Of a stretch of 42,379 nt of DNA, positions 16,677 to 27,800 are shown piece by piece (position 1 is the first letter of the stretch; the number at the start of each line of letters is the position of its first letter). Source of the DNA: a virus (lineage: Duplodnaviria > Caudoviricetes); the IMG/VR virus record IMGVR_UViG_3300037587_000500, positions 1 through 42,379 of that record, one strand, 5' to 3'. The notes beneath the pieces were generated by a model. It was not told the origin of the DNA. It ran no database searches and saw only the letters and a program-made list of their open reading frames with translations. The position numbers were made by a program, and so were the translations under genes.

Positions 16677-19220
16677 GTGCCGGAAACGATCCAGCGAAGT
16701 TTTACCAGTGGTGAGATTTCACCGTCGCTTCAGTCACGTGCTGACACCGTCAAATATGCCACAGGGTTAAACCTGTGTCAGAACTTTCTCATTCGCGCAC
16801 AGGGAGGTGCGTACTCTCGACCTGGCCTGCGGTTCGTCGGTGAAGTGGGCGATTCACTCACCACTGCGCGAGAGATCCCGTTCAGCTTCAACACAGAGCA
16901 AACCTATAACCTGGTGTTCCAGGCGCTGACGATGCGGGTCGTCAAAGACGGGGCGTTCGTGCTTAAACCGGTCGCAACTATCACCGGTATCACACAAGCG
17001 AACCCCGCCGTGGTAACAGCCGCGAACACTTTTGCAAACGGTGAGAAAGTATCTCTGTCTGCAATAGTCGGCATGACTGAGCTGAACGGCACCACCCCCA
17101 CCATCGCCAACGTCACCGGTACTACGTTCGAGCTAGTCGGTGTAGACAGTACTGCTTTCGGGGCTTATGTGTCCGGGGGTTCTGCGCAGAGTGATGGAAT
17201 CTTCGAACTGGTGACGCCGTACACTGAGGCACAGCTGCCATTTCTAGGATTCACACAGTCGGCTGACGTGATGACCATCGTCAACCCGAACCACGACCCT
17301 CGTGACTTGAATCGACTGGCAGATGACAATTGGACTCTGGTGGTGATCAACTACGCATCAACAGTGACGGCGCCGACGTTTGCCACGACCGATGTTAAAG
17401 TCATCACCAACATAACTCAGGCAGACCCTGCTAATGTAACAGCTGTGGGGCATGGGCGAACGACAGGTGACCTGGTGACCATCGCCGCAGTTGTCGGGAT
17501 GGTTGAGGTCAACGACCGAGCATTCGTGATCACTGTCACAGGCGTCGATAATTTCGAGCTTTTCGGTGAAGATTCGACCGGGCACAGCGCGTATGTGTCA
17601 GGCGGCACATCCACATTCAACGCACTGAATACAGTCGGTGACCCCGCCGGCGGCGGCAGTTTCGACAAGACTTATACCTATGTTGTCACAGCGGTGGACG
17701 CTAGCGGCATCGAATCCCTTGCGTCTTCTGCGGCCAGTATCACGGTCAAGTCGTTGAGTCAGACGTTCGGGGTCAGGCTTGTGTGGGATGTGGTCGCAGG
17801 TGCTGATCATTACCGGATTTACAAAGACCCATCGAACAACACAGCAGTGTTTGGCTTTATCGGTGAGTCGAATAATACCAATTTTGACGACTTCAATATC
17901 GCACCGATCATCAGCGACACGCCGCCGAGAGATCGACAGCCGTTCACCGGTGCGGGGAACAAGCCATCTGCTGTCAATTACTATCAGCAGCGGCAGATAT
18001 TTGCCAACACGACAGCTGAGCCACAAGCGGTGTTCACCACGCAGACGGCTAACTTCAACTCGCTGCGCACATCCAGCCCGGCACGTGACGACGACGCGAT
18101 TACCTTCACCATCGTCGGTCGGGAAGTGAACGAGATTCGACATATCGTGTCGCTGGATTCCATGCTGCTGCTGACATCAGGTGGTGAGTGGAAGACCACT
18201 GAGGGTCAAGACCAGGTGCTTACCCCTGCGACAATCGGAGCGCGTCAGCAGTCATACAACGGGTCATCCTGGGTGCCACCGGTCGTGGTCAATAGCACCG
18301 CGCTGTACCTGCAGGAGAAAGGCGCCAAGGTGCGTGATCTCGGGTATGAGTTCAGCAGCGACAAGTTCACAGGCAACGACCTGTCATTGATGTCAGAGCA
18401 TCTGTTTGAAGGGTTCGAGATTACATCGATGGCCTACGCTTCGATACCGTACAGCATCATCTGGTGTGTGCGTGACGACGGGGTGTTGTTGGGTCTGACG
18501 TACCAACGAGAGCATCAGGTCTGGGGATGGCATCAGCACATCACTGACGGTCTGTTTGAGTCGGTGGCGGTCGTGACAGAGGGTAAGCGCGACGCAGTGT
18601 ATGTGGTCGTCAAGCGAACCATCAACGGTGCGACAAAGCGGTATGTCGAACGGATGGAGTCGCGTGAGCAGACCAACGCTGAGGATGCGTTTTATGTCGA
18701 TTCGGGGTTGTCGTATGACGGTGTCCCGGCGACAGTGTTCAGCGGGCTGGAGCATCTTGAGGGTGAGGCAGTTGCAGTGCTGGCCGATGGCTACGAGGTT
18801 GAAGGTCTGACTGTCACATCGGGGTCGATCACTCTGGCACGCGCAGCATCGAAGGTTCATGTCGGGCTGGCGTACCTGCCGGCGATCGAGTTGCTTGATA
18901 TTGATGTCGCATCGGCCAGCGACACATTGAAGTCCCGATCAGTGTCAGTATCGAAAGTTCTCATTGAGGTTGAGAAGTCACGCGGCGGATTCATCGGACC
19001 CCGGGCAGATGGTGAGGTGACTATCGCACCAGTATTGCAAGAGATTAAGCCGCGGTTCGAATCAGATGGATACAACGCCATCGCACTGAGGACGTTCAAG
19101 CAGGAAGTGATCATTGAACCCCAGTGGAGCAAAGGTGGCGGGGTGCGGATTGAGCAGCGGTCACCGTTGCCGCTGGCGATTCTGTCAGTTATCCCCACGG
19201 TTGATCTCGGTGGGCATTAG
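16677..19220 (+). CDS. Tail nozzle (tubular protein B-like) with two FCCH-like inserts
   Basis: QRSFTSGEISP, TQSADVM, QQRQIFA, QVWGWHQH, PLPLAILS. Confidence 0.9.
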   Translation: MPETIQRSFTSGEISPSLQSRADTVKYATGLNLCQNFLIRAQGGAYSRPGLRFVGEVGDSLTTAREIPFSFNTEQTYNLVFQALTMRVVKDGAFVLKPVATITGITQANPAVVTAANTFANGEKVSLSAIVGMTELNGTTPTIANVTGTTFELVGVDSTAFGAYVSGGSAQSDGIFELVTPYTEAQLPFLGFTQSADVMTIVNPNHDPRDLNRLADDNWTLVVINYASTVTAPTFATTDVKVITNITQADPANVTAVGHGRTTGDLVTIAAVVGMVEVNDRAFVITVTGVDNFELFGEDSTGHSAYVSGGTSTFNALNTVGDPAGGGSFDKTYTYVVTAVDASGIESLASSAASITVKSLSQTFGVRLVWDVVAGADHYRIYKDPSNNTAVFGFIGESNNTNFDDFNIAPIISDTPPRDRQPFTGAGNKPSAVNYYQQRQIFANTTAEPQAVFTTQTANFNSLRTSSPARDDDAITFTIVGREVNEIRHIVSLDSMLLLTSGGEWKTTEGQDQVLTPATIGARQQSYNGSSWVPPVVVNSTALYLQEKGAKVRDLGYEFSSDKFTGNDLSLMSEHLFEGFEITSMAYASIPYSIIWCVRDDGVLLGLTYQREHQVWGWHQHITDGLFESVAVVTEGKRDAVYVVVKRTINGATKRYVERMESREQTNAEDAFYVDSGLSYDGVPATVFSGLEHLEGEAVAVLADGYEVEGLTVTSGSITLARAASKVHVGLAYLPAIELLDIDVASASDTLKSRSVSVSKVLIEVEKSRGGFIGPRADGEVTIAPVLQEIKPRFESDGYNAIALRTFKQEVIIEPQWSKGGGVRIEQRSPLPLAILSVIPTVDLGGH

Positions 19221-19683
19221 CCTGGTCAAGCCGACTGAAGAGTCGGTGCGGGTTATTGCTGCTGACATGCGTGATGCCGATGCGGCTGAGGTCTGGGCGT
19301 CACACCGTCACACTCCTGTCGATGCGCTGTTGTCCGGGTGGAGGATGTCAGACTTCTCAGTGGTCGTGGAGTGCGCCGGTGTGCCGTCAGCCATGCTGGG
19401 CTTGGTTGTCAATTGCAGACTGACCGGCGCCGGTACGCCGTGGCTTCTAGCGTCGAATCACGCGCTGAAATATAAACGCGAATTCCTGTTACAATCACCC
19501 CCAATCATCGAAGAAATGCTGAACATCTGCCCACGGCTATCGAACCATGTTCATGCGGATAACCGAGTCAGTATCCGGTGGCTGAAATGGCTGGGCTTTA
19601 CGATTGATGAACCGATGCGAACAGGTGCCGATGATGAGCTTTTTCACCGGTTCCATCTTGAAAGGGTAAGTGACGATGTGTGA
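19210..19683 (+). CDS. GNAT-like internal virion protein A (DUF2833-like)
   Basis: DMRDADAAEV; PWLL; LSNHVHADNRVSIRWLKWLGF; GTG 19210 chosen as start. Confidence 0.8.
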   Translation: MGISLVKPTEESVRVIAADMRDADAAEVWASHRHTPVDALLSGWRMSDFSVVVECAGVPSAMLGLVVNCRLTGAGTPWLLASNHALKYKREFLLQSPPIIEEMLNICPRLSNHVHADNRVSIRWLKWLGFTIDEPMRTGADDELFHRFHLERVSDDV

Positions 19684-20212
19684 TCCGGTAACAATAGCAG
19701 CGGTCGTCACCGTTGCATCGACTGCATTCACGATACAGCAGCAGCGTGAGCAGGGTCGGTTCCAGCGAGATGTTGGTGAGTTCAATGCGCGCCAAGCTGA
19801 AAACGAGGCCGAAGCGACCCGGGCCGCTGCCACTGAGACTGAGAACATTCAGCGCCAACGCACTCAGGAACTGCTGTCGAAGCAGCGTGCACAGCTGGGT
19901 GCTGCTGGCGTCGAGCTTACATCTGGCTCAGCCCTGCAGTTGCAAGAGGACACGCTGACACTCGGTGAAGCTGACGCACTGCGCATCCGTAGTCAAGGTG
20001 AGCAGGCATTTGAGGCACTGACCCTTGAGTCTTCATTGACCCGGACACAAGGTGCATTTGCCAAAGCAGCGGGTGACAAGGCAGCTGTGGGCTCGCTGCT
20101 GTCGGGGTCAGCTGACGTGCTTGGTACCGGTGTGGCCGATAAGTGGTTCACGTCGAAGAGTGCTGCACGGAACCCTCTGAACATCAATCAAGGTGGCGGA
20201 ATAGGACTGTAA
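19676..20212 (+). CDS. Internal virion (ejection) protein
   Basis: MCDPVT...QRAQLGAAGVELTSGSAL pattern; position. Confidence 0.8.
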   Translation: MCDPVTIAAVVTVASTAFTIQQQREQGRFQRDVGEFNARQAENEAEATRAAATETENIQRQRTQELLSKQRAQLGAAGVELTSGSALQLQEDTLTLGEADALRIRSQGEQAFEALTLESSLTRTQGAFAKAAGDKAAVGSLLSGSADVLGTGVADKWFTSKSAARNPLNINQGGGIGL

Positions 20213-20214
20213 CC

Positions 20215-21819
20215 ATGCCAAAAGTCGCACAAGCACAGTCCAATCTAGTCGCACCGCGTGTTGTTCGCCAGCCGCGTGCGAGCGGCGCAGTGCCGACAGC
20301 TGCGTTCGGCGCACCCATCACAAGGAGTCTGGTTGATATCGCTCAGGCAGGGCTGAATATCAAGAAGCGCATCGACACCACGTCGGCTGAAGAAGCACTG
20401 GTGAGTTTTGAGCGTGATAAAAATGCGATCTTCTTCAACCCTGAGAACGGTTACTTCAACACTCAGGGTCGCAACGCGTTTGACAATGCAGCGGTCGCTA
20501 ACACTGCACTCGACGATCTGAAAAAGAAATACGGCGACACACTCAGCGAGCAATCGCGCCTCATGTTCGACAAGGTTGCCGACCGGCACATCACCAGCGG
20601 ACGGGCTGACATCGGGCGCCATGCCAGCAAGGGGCTGCAAACCTGGGAGATCGCGACGCTTGAGTCTCAGGTCGAGAACACCATGGAGAACGCATCACTG
20701 TATTGGAGCGATCCGCAGCAGATGCGAGTCCAACGGGTGATCGGTGAGCAGGCTATCATTGACGGTGCTCAGACTGCCGGCATCGGCCCTGAAGCGACTG
20801 CTGAGAAGCTGCAGACGTTCCGATCCACCTTCACCAGTAACGCCATCGCAGCAGCCACCAATAGCAGCGCGACTGAGGGTCAGCAGATGCTGGATCAGCA
20901 AGGCAAACTGCTGGAAGGTCCAGATAAGGTGAAGTTGACCAAGGTGATCGAGGCGAAGCAGAAGTCGGAGAAGACACAGCAGGATGCTCAGTCAGCGGTG
21001 ATCACTGCGACCAGCCTTGTCAGTCAGTTTGACGACCGGACTGATGTGATCGAGCAGGTCAATAAAATTAAAGACCCTGATCTGCGCAAACAGACCATGA
21101 CTGAGACAATGCGTCAGTTCAGTCAGAAGCGTCAGGCTGAATCTGAAGCACGCGGTGATGCCTTTGAGCGCGCTGAGTCGCACATCATCGGTGGCGGATC
21201 GGCTGAGACATACAAGATCGAAGACCCTGAAGGTTGGGAAAATCTGTCACCGAAACAGCAAAAGAGCATCGAGGCAGGCAAGTCAGTGATCACCAACTGG
21301 GTGGCGTTCAGCGGCTTGATGACCTTGCCGCGTGCTGAGCTGGCGAAGATCGACCCGGTTGACCATTACAACGAGTTGGCGCCGGCTGAGCGTAAGTCAC
21401 TCATCAGCGCGGTGAAGTCTGCCAACGGCACCGGTACCAAGTCGGACAAGATTGATCACCAGGTCGGTCGCACCCGGGGCGCTCAAACCACTGATGCAGT
21501 CAATCAAGTATTTGGTAAAAAGACCAAGCGCAACGCTAAGGAAATGGAACAGGTCAACGCGTTCTATGCCGTGCTGGATGATGAAGTCAATTTCCGCGAA
21601 AGCGAAAAGGGTGGCAAGCTAACGTCGGAAGAATACACCAATGTGCTCAGCGGACTGACGCGCAAGGTGGTGCAGGAAGGGTTCATATTTGACAGTGAGC
21701 TTGATTTGACTGATATCCCGGCTGAAGACGTGCCGACGCTCAGCAAGTTTTTACGCGACAACGGCATTCCTGTAACATCTGATAATCTGATAAAGGCTCA
21801 TATACAGGCGACAAAATAA
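20215..21819 (+). CDS. Internal virion (ejection) protein
   Basis: Helical, Ala/Gln-rich; MPKV start after AGGA RBS; position. Confidence 0.75.
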   Translation: MPKVAQAQSNLVAPRVVRQPRASGAVPTAAFGAPITRSLVDIAQAGLNIKKRIDTTSAEEALVSFERDKNAIFFNPENGYFNTQGRNAFDNAAVANTALDDLKKKYGDTLSEQSRLMFDKVADRHITSGRADIGRHASKGLQTWEIATLESQVENTMENASLYWSDPQQMRVQRVIGEQAIIDGAQTAGIGPEATAEKLQTFRSTFTSNAIAAATNSSATEGQQMLDQQGKLLEGPDKVKLTKVIEAKQKSEKTQQDAQSAVITATSLVSQFDDRTDVIEQVNKIKDPDLRKQTMTETMRQFSQKRQAESEARGDAFERAESHIIGGGSAETYKIEDPEGWENLSPKQQKSIEAGKSVITNWVAFSGLMTLPRAELAKIDPVDHYNELAPAERKSLISAVKSANGTGTKSDKIDHQVGRTRGAQTTDAVNQVFGKKTKRNAKEMEQVNAFYAVLDDEVNFRESEKGGKLTSEEYTNVLSGLTRKVVQEGFIFDSELDLTDIPAEDVPTLSKFLRDNGIPVTSDNLIKAHIQATK

Positions 21820-24800
21820 TGCCATTAGATCTTGAGAAGATTGACCTGGGTAGCTTTGGCATTGGTGACGACCTTGCTCAAACTCAACAAGACACTCAGC
21901 TGAACGCCAGCATCACTGAGGCGGTGAAGATCAACCCGGACCAGCAAGCGAAGACGACCAGTCTCAGTGAGCAGTCCGGTGTCCCGGTGTTTGCCGTCGA
22001 AGACAACCCCACTGAGGTCGAGGACCAGCTGAAACTGGATCAGATCGACATCAGCGGCATGTCGAAGCGCAGCCCCAACACCGCGAAATATCTCACTGAC
22101 TTCAACAACGCATCGATTGCTCACGATGACATCGACATCCTTCAGTCAATCGAAGACATCTTCGACTTCAGCAAAACATTCGAGAACATCGGTGAATCGA
22201 TCACGACCGGCTTCAGTGCTCAAGTCACCGGAATGAACGCCGCCGGCGTCGACATGACACCGACTCGCATTCAGGATCTGATCCCGGCATCCGGACTGCC
22301 GATCGGCATGGAATTCGAAGCAGCGCTGATGTCGCAGGAACTGGCGTCTAACCTGGGCATTGACACCGATGAACAGTTGCAGGCAGCAAAGGTCGAAGCG
22401 ACCGATCAGATGCTTGGTACGCTGCGTGAGCTGCAGGCAAAGAAGAAGGCACTGACCCCTGAAGATCTCAACCTGCTTGAAGAGGGTGTGCGTGCCGGCG
22501 TTGAGTCGCTGGCTAACATGGCACCCGGCTTCGGACTGATGTTGCTGTCCGGGGGCCGGGCGGCGCCGCTGCTGGCGACTATAGGCGTGCAGACGTTCGG
22601 TGATTCCTACGGTCAGGGTCGTGCCGAAGGGCTGACACCAGAGCAATCAGCCTGGTTCGCCAGCATCAACGCTGCGATCGAGGTTGGCACTGAGGTGTTG
22701 CCGACCGGTACCCTTGAGACAATCCTGACCGGCAAGAGTACTGGGCTGACTAAATCCGCACTGAAGTTTCTGGTGCAGGAGATGGGCACCGAGCAGCTGG
22801 CAACGCTGGGTCAGTCCATCAATGAGTTCGCATTCGGGCTCGATGAGCAGATGGAACAGGCTGAGTCCATTGAAGAGAAGGTTCAGATCCAGCTGCGGCG
22901 ACAGGCGGTCACAGCGATCGCGACAATCGTTGCCGGCGGTACTCAGGCGGTAGCAGTCACCGGTGTTCGCAAGACCATCGAAGCAGTCGCGCAGCAGGGC
23001 AACGCCAACCAGAACCAGGGTGACACTGAGCAGCGCAACCTTGATCGGTTGAACGAGACTGCGCAGAAGTCGAAGCTGCGTGAGCGCAACAAGGAATCAT
23101 TCAAACAGTTCGTCGAAGAGGCTGACGGTGAGAACAACACCAACGTGTTCATCGATGCTGCACAAACCTCACTGTACCTGCAGACCAAGACCCGCGAAGA
23201 GATCGAAGCGGATCCAGCACTGAAGCTGCTGAATGAGCAGGTACGTGAGGCTGCTGACCTGGGTGGGGAAGTGGTACTGCCGGTGGCAGAGTTCACCACA
23301 GAGATCGCAGGCACTGAGCACTTCGAGCAGCTGCGCGACAGCATGACGATGAGCGAAGCCACCATTGCGCCATTCCGTCAGGAGCAGGTGCAGCAGGAGA
23401 CTCAGAGCTATATCCGCACGCTGCTTGATGAGGCGAGTGAGAACGCCAGCGAGTTCGTCGAGGCGCAGGAGATCTTCACCACGGTGCGTGACCAGCTGGT
23501 CGACACAGGTCAGATCACCCCTGCGAACGCATCGATTATGGCGCAGTTGGTGCCGGCCTGGGCAACCGCTCAAGCACGCCGCCTGGGTAAGACAGTGCAG
23601 CAGGTATATGCGGAAGCAGGGTTGACGATCGAAGGGCCGCTGACCGGTGAAGCTGTTCGGCTGGAGGCTGAGCGGGGGTTGTTGACTCAGGAACAGATCA
23701 ATCTTGATTTTGGTGCGGCTGAGGAAGTCGGGTTTCAAGGCGGTACACACGGTGAAGCACAACAGTGGGTCGCGGCTAAACAGAAAGGTTTGGACCTGTC
23801 TGAAAATTCCCGTAAGGCACGTGCGGTTGAACAAGGGTTCGATGTCGATCAAGTTCTATACCACGGCACCGCAGCAGATTTCAGTGAGTTCAATGTTGAC
23901 GCTGCGACAGGTAAATCATTCGATACGGGTGTATTCCTGAGTGACAATCAACAGGTTGCCAATAGCTATGCTGGCAAGAATAACGGTCGAGTAATCCCCA
24001 CTTACATCAAAGCTGAAAATCCTCTCGAAGTGATAGTCGATGAAGGCACCAACTGGGATGATCTGACTGATGAAAATTCAACTGTAAATCTGCCCAGCGG
24101 TGAATCAACATCATTGTCAGAATTGTTTGACTTCCCAATTGATGAATCTGTGTCGACCGATGATCTCATGCGTAACGCACGATCGGCAGGGTTTGACGTC
24201 GTCACGGTTCAGGGTTTGCGGGACATCGGCGGCGCAACACGTGGTGTTGATCTGACTGACGTCGGCCCTTCGACAATCACCGCGGTATTTGATCCCACCA
24301 AGATCAGATCAGTCAACGCAGCCTTCGACCCTGATGCTGCTGAGTCGGCTGATCTGTTGGCTCAGGCACCTGCTGCACCGCTTGAGCAACCCACCACCCC
24401 GGATGCACCCGGCGCACGCGGCTACTACGACCCAGCAAACAGTATCATCAGGCTCACCGAGGCAGCTGACCTGAGCACGTTCCTGCATGAGTTCGCGCAC
24501 TTCATGTATGAGATGGAGGTCAATGGCAACACCGAGATGCTTCAGAGCATCAACAGCTGGTACAAGCGCAACGCTGATGATGTGGCAAAAGAGGCGAACC
24601 GATACCTGACCGCGAAGGGCTTTGATGCTGAGAAGCAGGTCGGCACTGAGCCGGGTGACACCGTCACCACTGCTGAGGTGGTCACATATCTCGACACCAT
24701 GTCAACCGGTGATAGGGACAAAGATTCAGCGATCAGGCGTGCGGTACATGAACAGTTCGCCCGCGGCTTTGAAACCTACTTGATGGAAGGCACGGCGCCC

Positions 24801-27800
24801 AGCATCGAGCTACGCAACGCATTCCGGACCTTCGCCCGCTGGCTGTCTCAGATCTACCAGAACGCCCGCGGCAGGCTTGACGTCAACCTTGACTTTGAGA
24901 TGCGTCAGGTGTTCGACCGGATGTTGGCGACTGAAGAACAGATCGCGGCGGCTGAGGCACGGCAACGAATTGAGCCGATGTTCACCGATGCGGCGATGGC
25001 CGGCATAACCGAAGAAGAGTTCACCGATTATGAGCAGCGCCGCGGCAAGGTGAAGGATGTTCAGGCTGAGACTCTGCGCGACAAGATGATCAAGCAGCTG
25101 ACCCGGCAGACCCAGAAGTGGTGGAACGATGAAAAGCGCGACATCATCGATGAAGAAACTGACGCCCTACAGAAAGAACAGGTGCACGCTGCCCGGGCAC
25201 GGCTGAAGGATGGCGACATCAAGCTGGACTTTGCCGGCACGAAGGCGATGGTCGGTGAAGAGAAGACTGACAAGCTAGGTCGCAAGTCGATCGTGATGCC
25301 GCCGAAGCTGCGAGGCATGACCGTGAAGGAACACCAGGGGCTGCACCCTGACGAAGCTGCTGCGATACTCGGTTACTCATCAGGCTCTGAGTTGCTTGAT
25401 GACCTGGTGAACGCACCCAGCCTCAAGGAAGCCGCTGAGGTCAAGGCTGAGGCACGTATGGTCGAGCGGCACGGCGACATCCTAACTGACGGCACCATTG
25501 AGCGTGAGGCTGATGAGGCGGTGCAGAGCGAGGAACGTGGCAAGCTGTTGCTGCATGAACTGAAGATCGTCGCACGTGGCACCAATGCGCCGACTGTCGA
25601 CCGCGCCACGATCAAGGCGATCGCTGTTGAACGCATTGGTAAACTGCCTTTCCGCCAGATCCACCCGGGTAAGTACCGAAAGGCTGAGATCAAGGCGGCG
25701 CAGGAAGCGTCACGCATGCTGGCCGAAGGCAACCGCGACGGTGCGGCGCAAGCGAAGATGCGTCAGGTGGTCAATTATTACTTGGGGCTTGAAGCCACTG
25801 TCGCCAAAAACGAGACAACCAAGATCGTCGACCGCATGGGTCGATACGGCAAAAAGAAAGTGCGTGAAGAGATCCAGAAAGCTGAGGGTGGGTACTGGGA
25901 ACAGATCGTCAAGATTCTGGATCGGTTCGAGTTCCGGAAGTCAGCCACACTGAAGCAGGTCGAGGCAGTCAACCAGGACATTAACACGTGGATGAAAGAG
26001 CGCATCGAGATCGACGGTGATGCTCTGGTGATCACCAACGCTGTGTTGAATGAAGCCTTCGTCACCCATTGGAAGAATGTGCCGTTTGCTGAGCTGCAAG
26101 GTATCAGCGACTCGGTGAAGAACATCGAGCATGTTGCCCGATACGCCAACCGGATCACCCGGATGCAGGAAGAGGTCGACTTTAATAAGCTGGTCGACCG
26201 CTGGGTCAACAGCATGGATGAGAAGGTCAAGACCCGCTTCAAATCGAAGCGCACCGATGTGGCTGAGGGTCGCAAGTTTGGCCGGTACCTGATGGCACAG
26301 ATGACTAAGATTCCATTCATGGCGTCCTGGTTGGATGGTGGCGAGCGGGTCGGTATCAGTCACCAGATCCTGGTGCAGCCGATGACTGACGCATACGCCG
26401 CTGAGATTGACCTGTGGGAGAAGACCGGCAAGCCTGTGATGGAACTGATTGAGAATCGCAGCAAGGCTGACATCAAGCGCCACAACACGAAAATATTCAT
26501 TCCTGAGATCGATGACAACTTATATGGTCACCAGATCATTGCTGTCGCGCTGAACACCGGAAACGAGAGCAACCTGCGCAAGCTGCTACTGGGTGAGGGT
26601 TGGGCAGATCCCGACAGCGACTTCGGCATCAACTTGCAGAACCAACAGCTGCAGGCAGTGCTGACCCACATGACGAAGAGTGACTGGGAGCTGGTCCAGA
26701 ACATCTGGGATCAGATGGACACCCTGTTCCCTCAGCTGGCTGAAGTGCATCGGCGCACCACGGGACTCACGCCACCGAAGATCGAAGCGACACCGGTTGA
26801 GACAGCATTCGGCACGTTCAAGGGTGGTTACTACCCGGTGAAGTACGACCCCAACCGGGACCATCGCGCACAGCTGAACGAAGATAAGCTGAACGCTCAA
26901 ACGGAATCGATGTTCAGCAACAACGCTAGCATTCAGTCATCGGTGAACACCGGCGCGACGAATGAGCGCACAGGTTACTTTGCACCGATCAGGCTGAGCC
27001 TGGACGTGGTACCGGCGCATTTCCAAGAGGCGATCCACTACATCACCCACCATGACCCAGTGCGTGAGGTCAACCGGTTAATCCGCAACAAGCGGGTCGC
27101 TCAGACCATCAAAGAGAAGCTGGGGCCGGAAGAGTATGCACAGCTCAACCCGTGGCTGAACGACATCGCTAAGGACGGTCGTGAAGCCCCGACGAAGATG
27201 TTCTGGGATGACATGCTTCAGCGGCTGCGCTTCGGGGTCACACTGGGTGCGATGGGCTTCAAGGCGTCCACCGGTATCATTCAGATCAGTGGCCTGTCGA
27301 ACAGTGTTGCTGAGCTTGGGTTGGCACCGGTGATGAAGTCAATGCGTATGATCCTGGGTAGCCCGAGAACGATTCGTGAAGCCTGGGACTTCGCGTCTGA
27401 GAATTCCAAGGTCATGAAGCATCGCACGCAGACGATGGATCGTGAGATTAAGAACGCCATGAAGCGGATCGAGGGTAAGCGCGGGGTGTTAGCCGCGGTG
27501 CAAGAGGCGTCGATGAAACACATCGCGATGATCCAGACTTACATGGTGGATTTGCCGACGTGGCATGCTGCCTATACCGTAGAAATGGAGCGGTCAGGCG
27601 ACGAAACCAAAGCGTTCCAGCACGCTGACTTTGTGGTGGAGAGCGTGCAAGGGTCAGGTGCAACAAAGGATCTGGCGCGCATCATGCGGGGCCAGGCTGA
27701 GACTGGTCGGATGTTCACCATGTTCATGACGTTCTTCAGCTCGCTGTGGAATCTTGAGCGCGATCTGGTGAAGGGTGCCCGATCAGGTCGGTACTCGACT

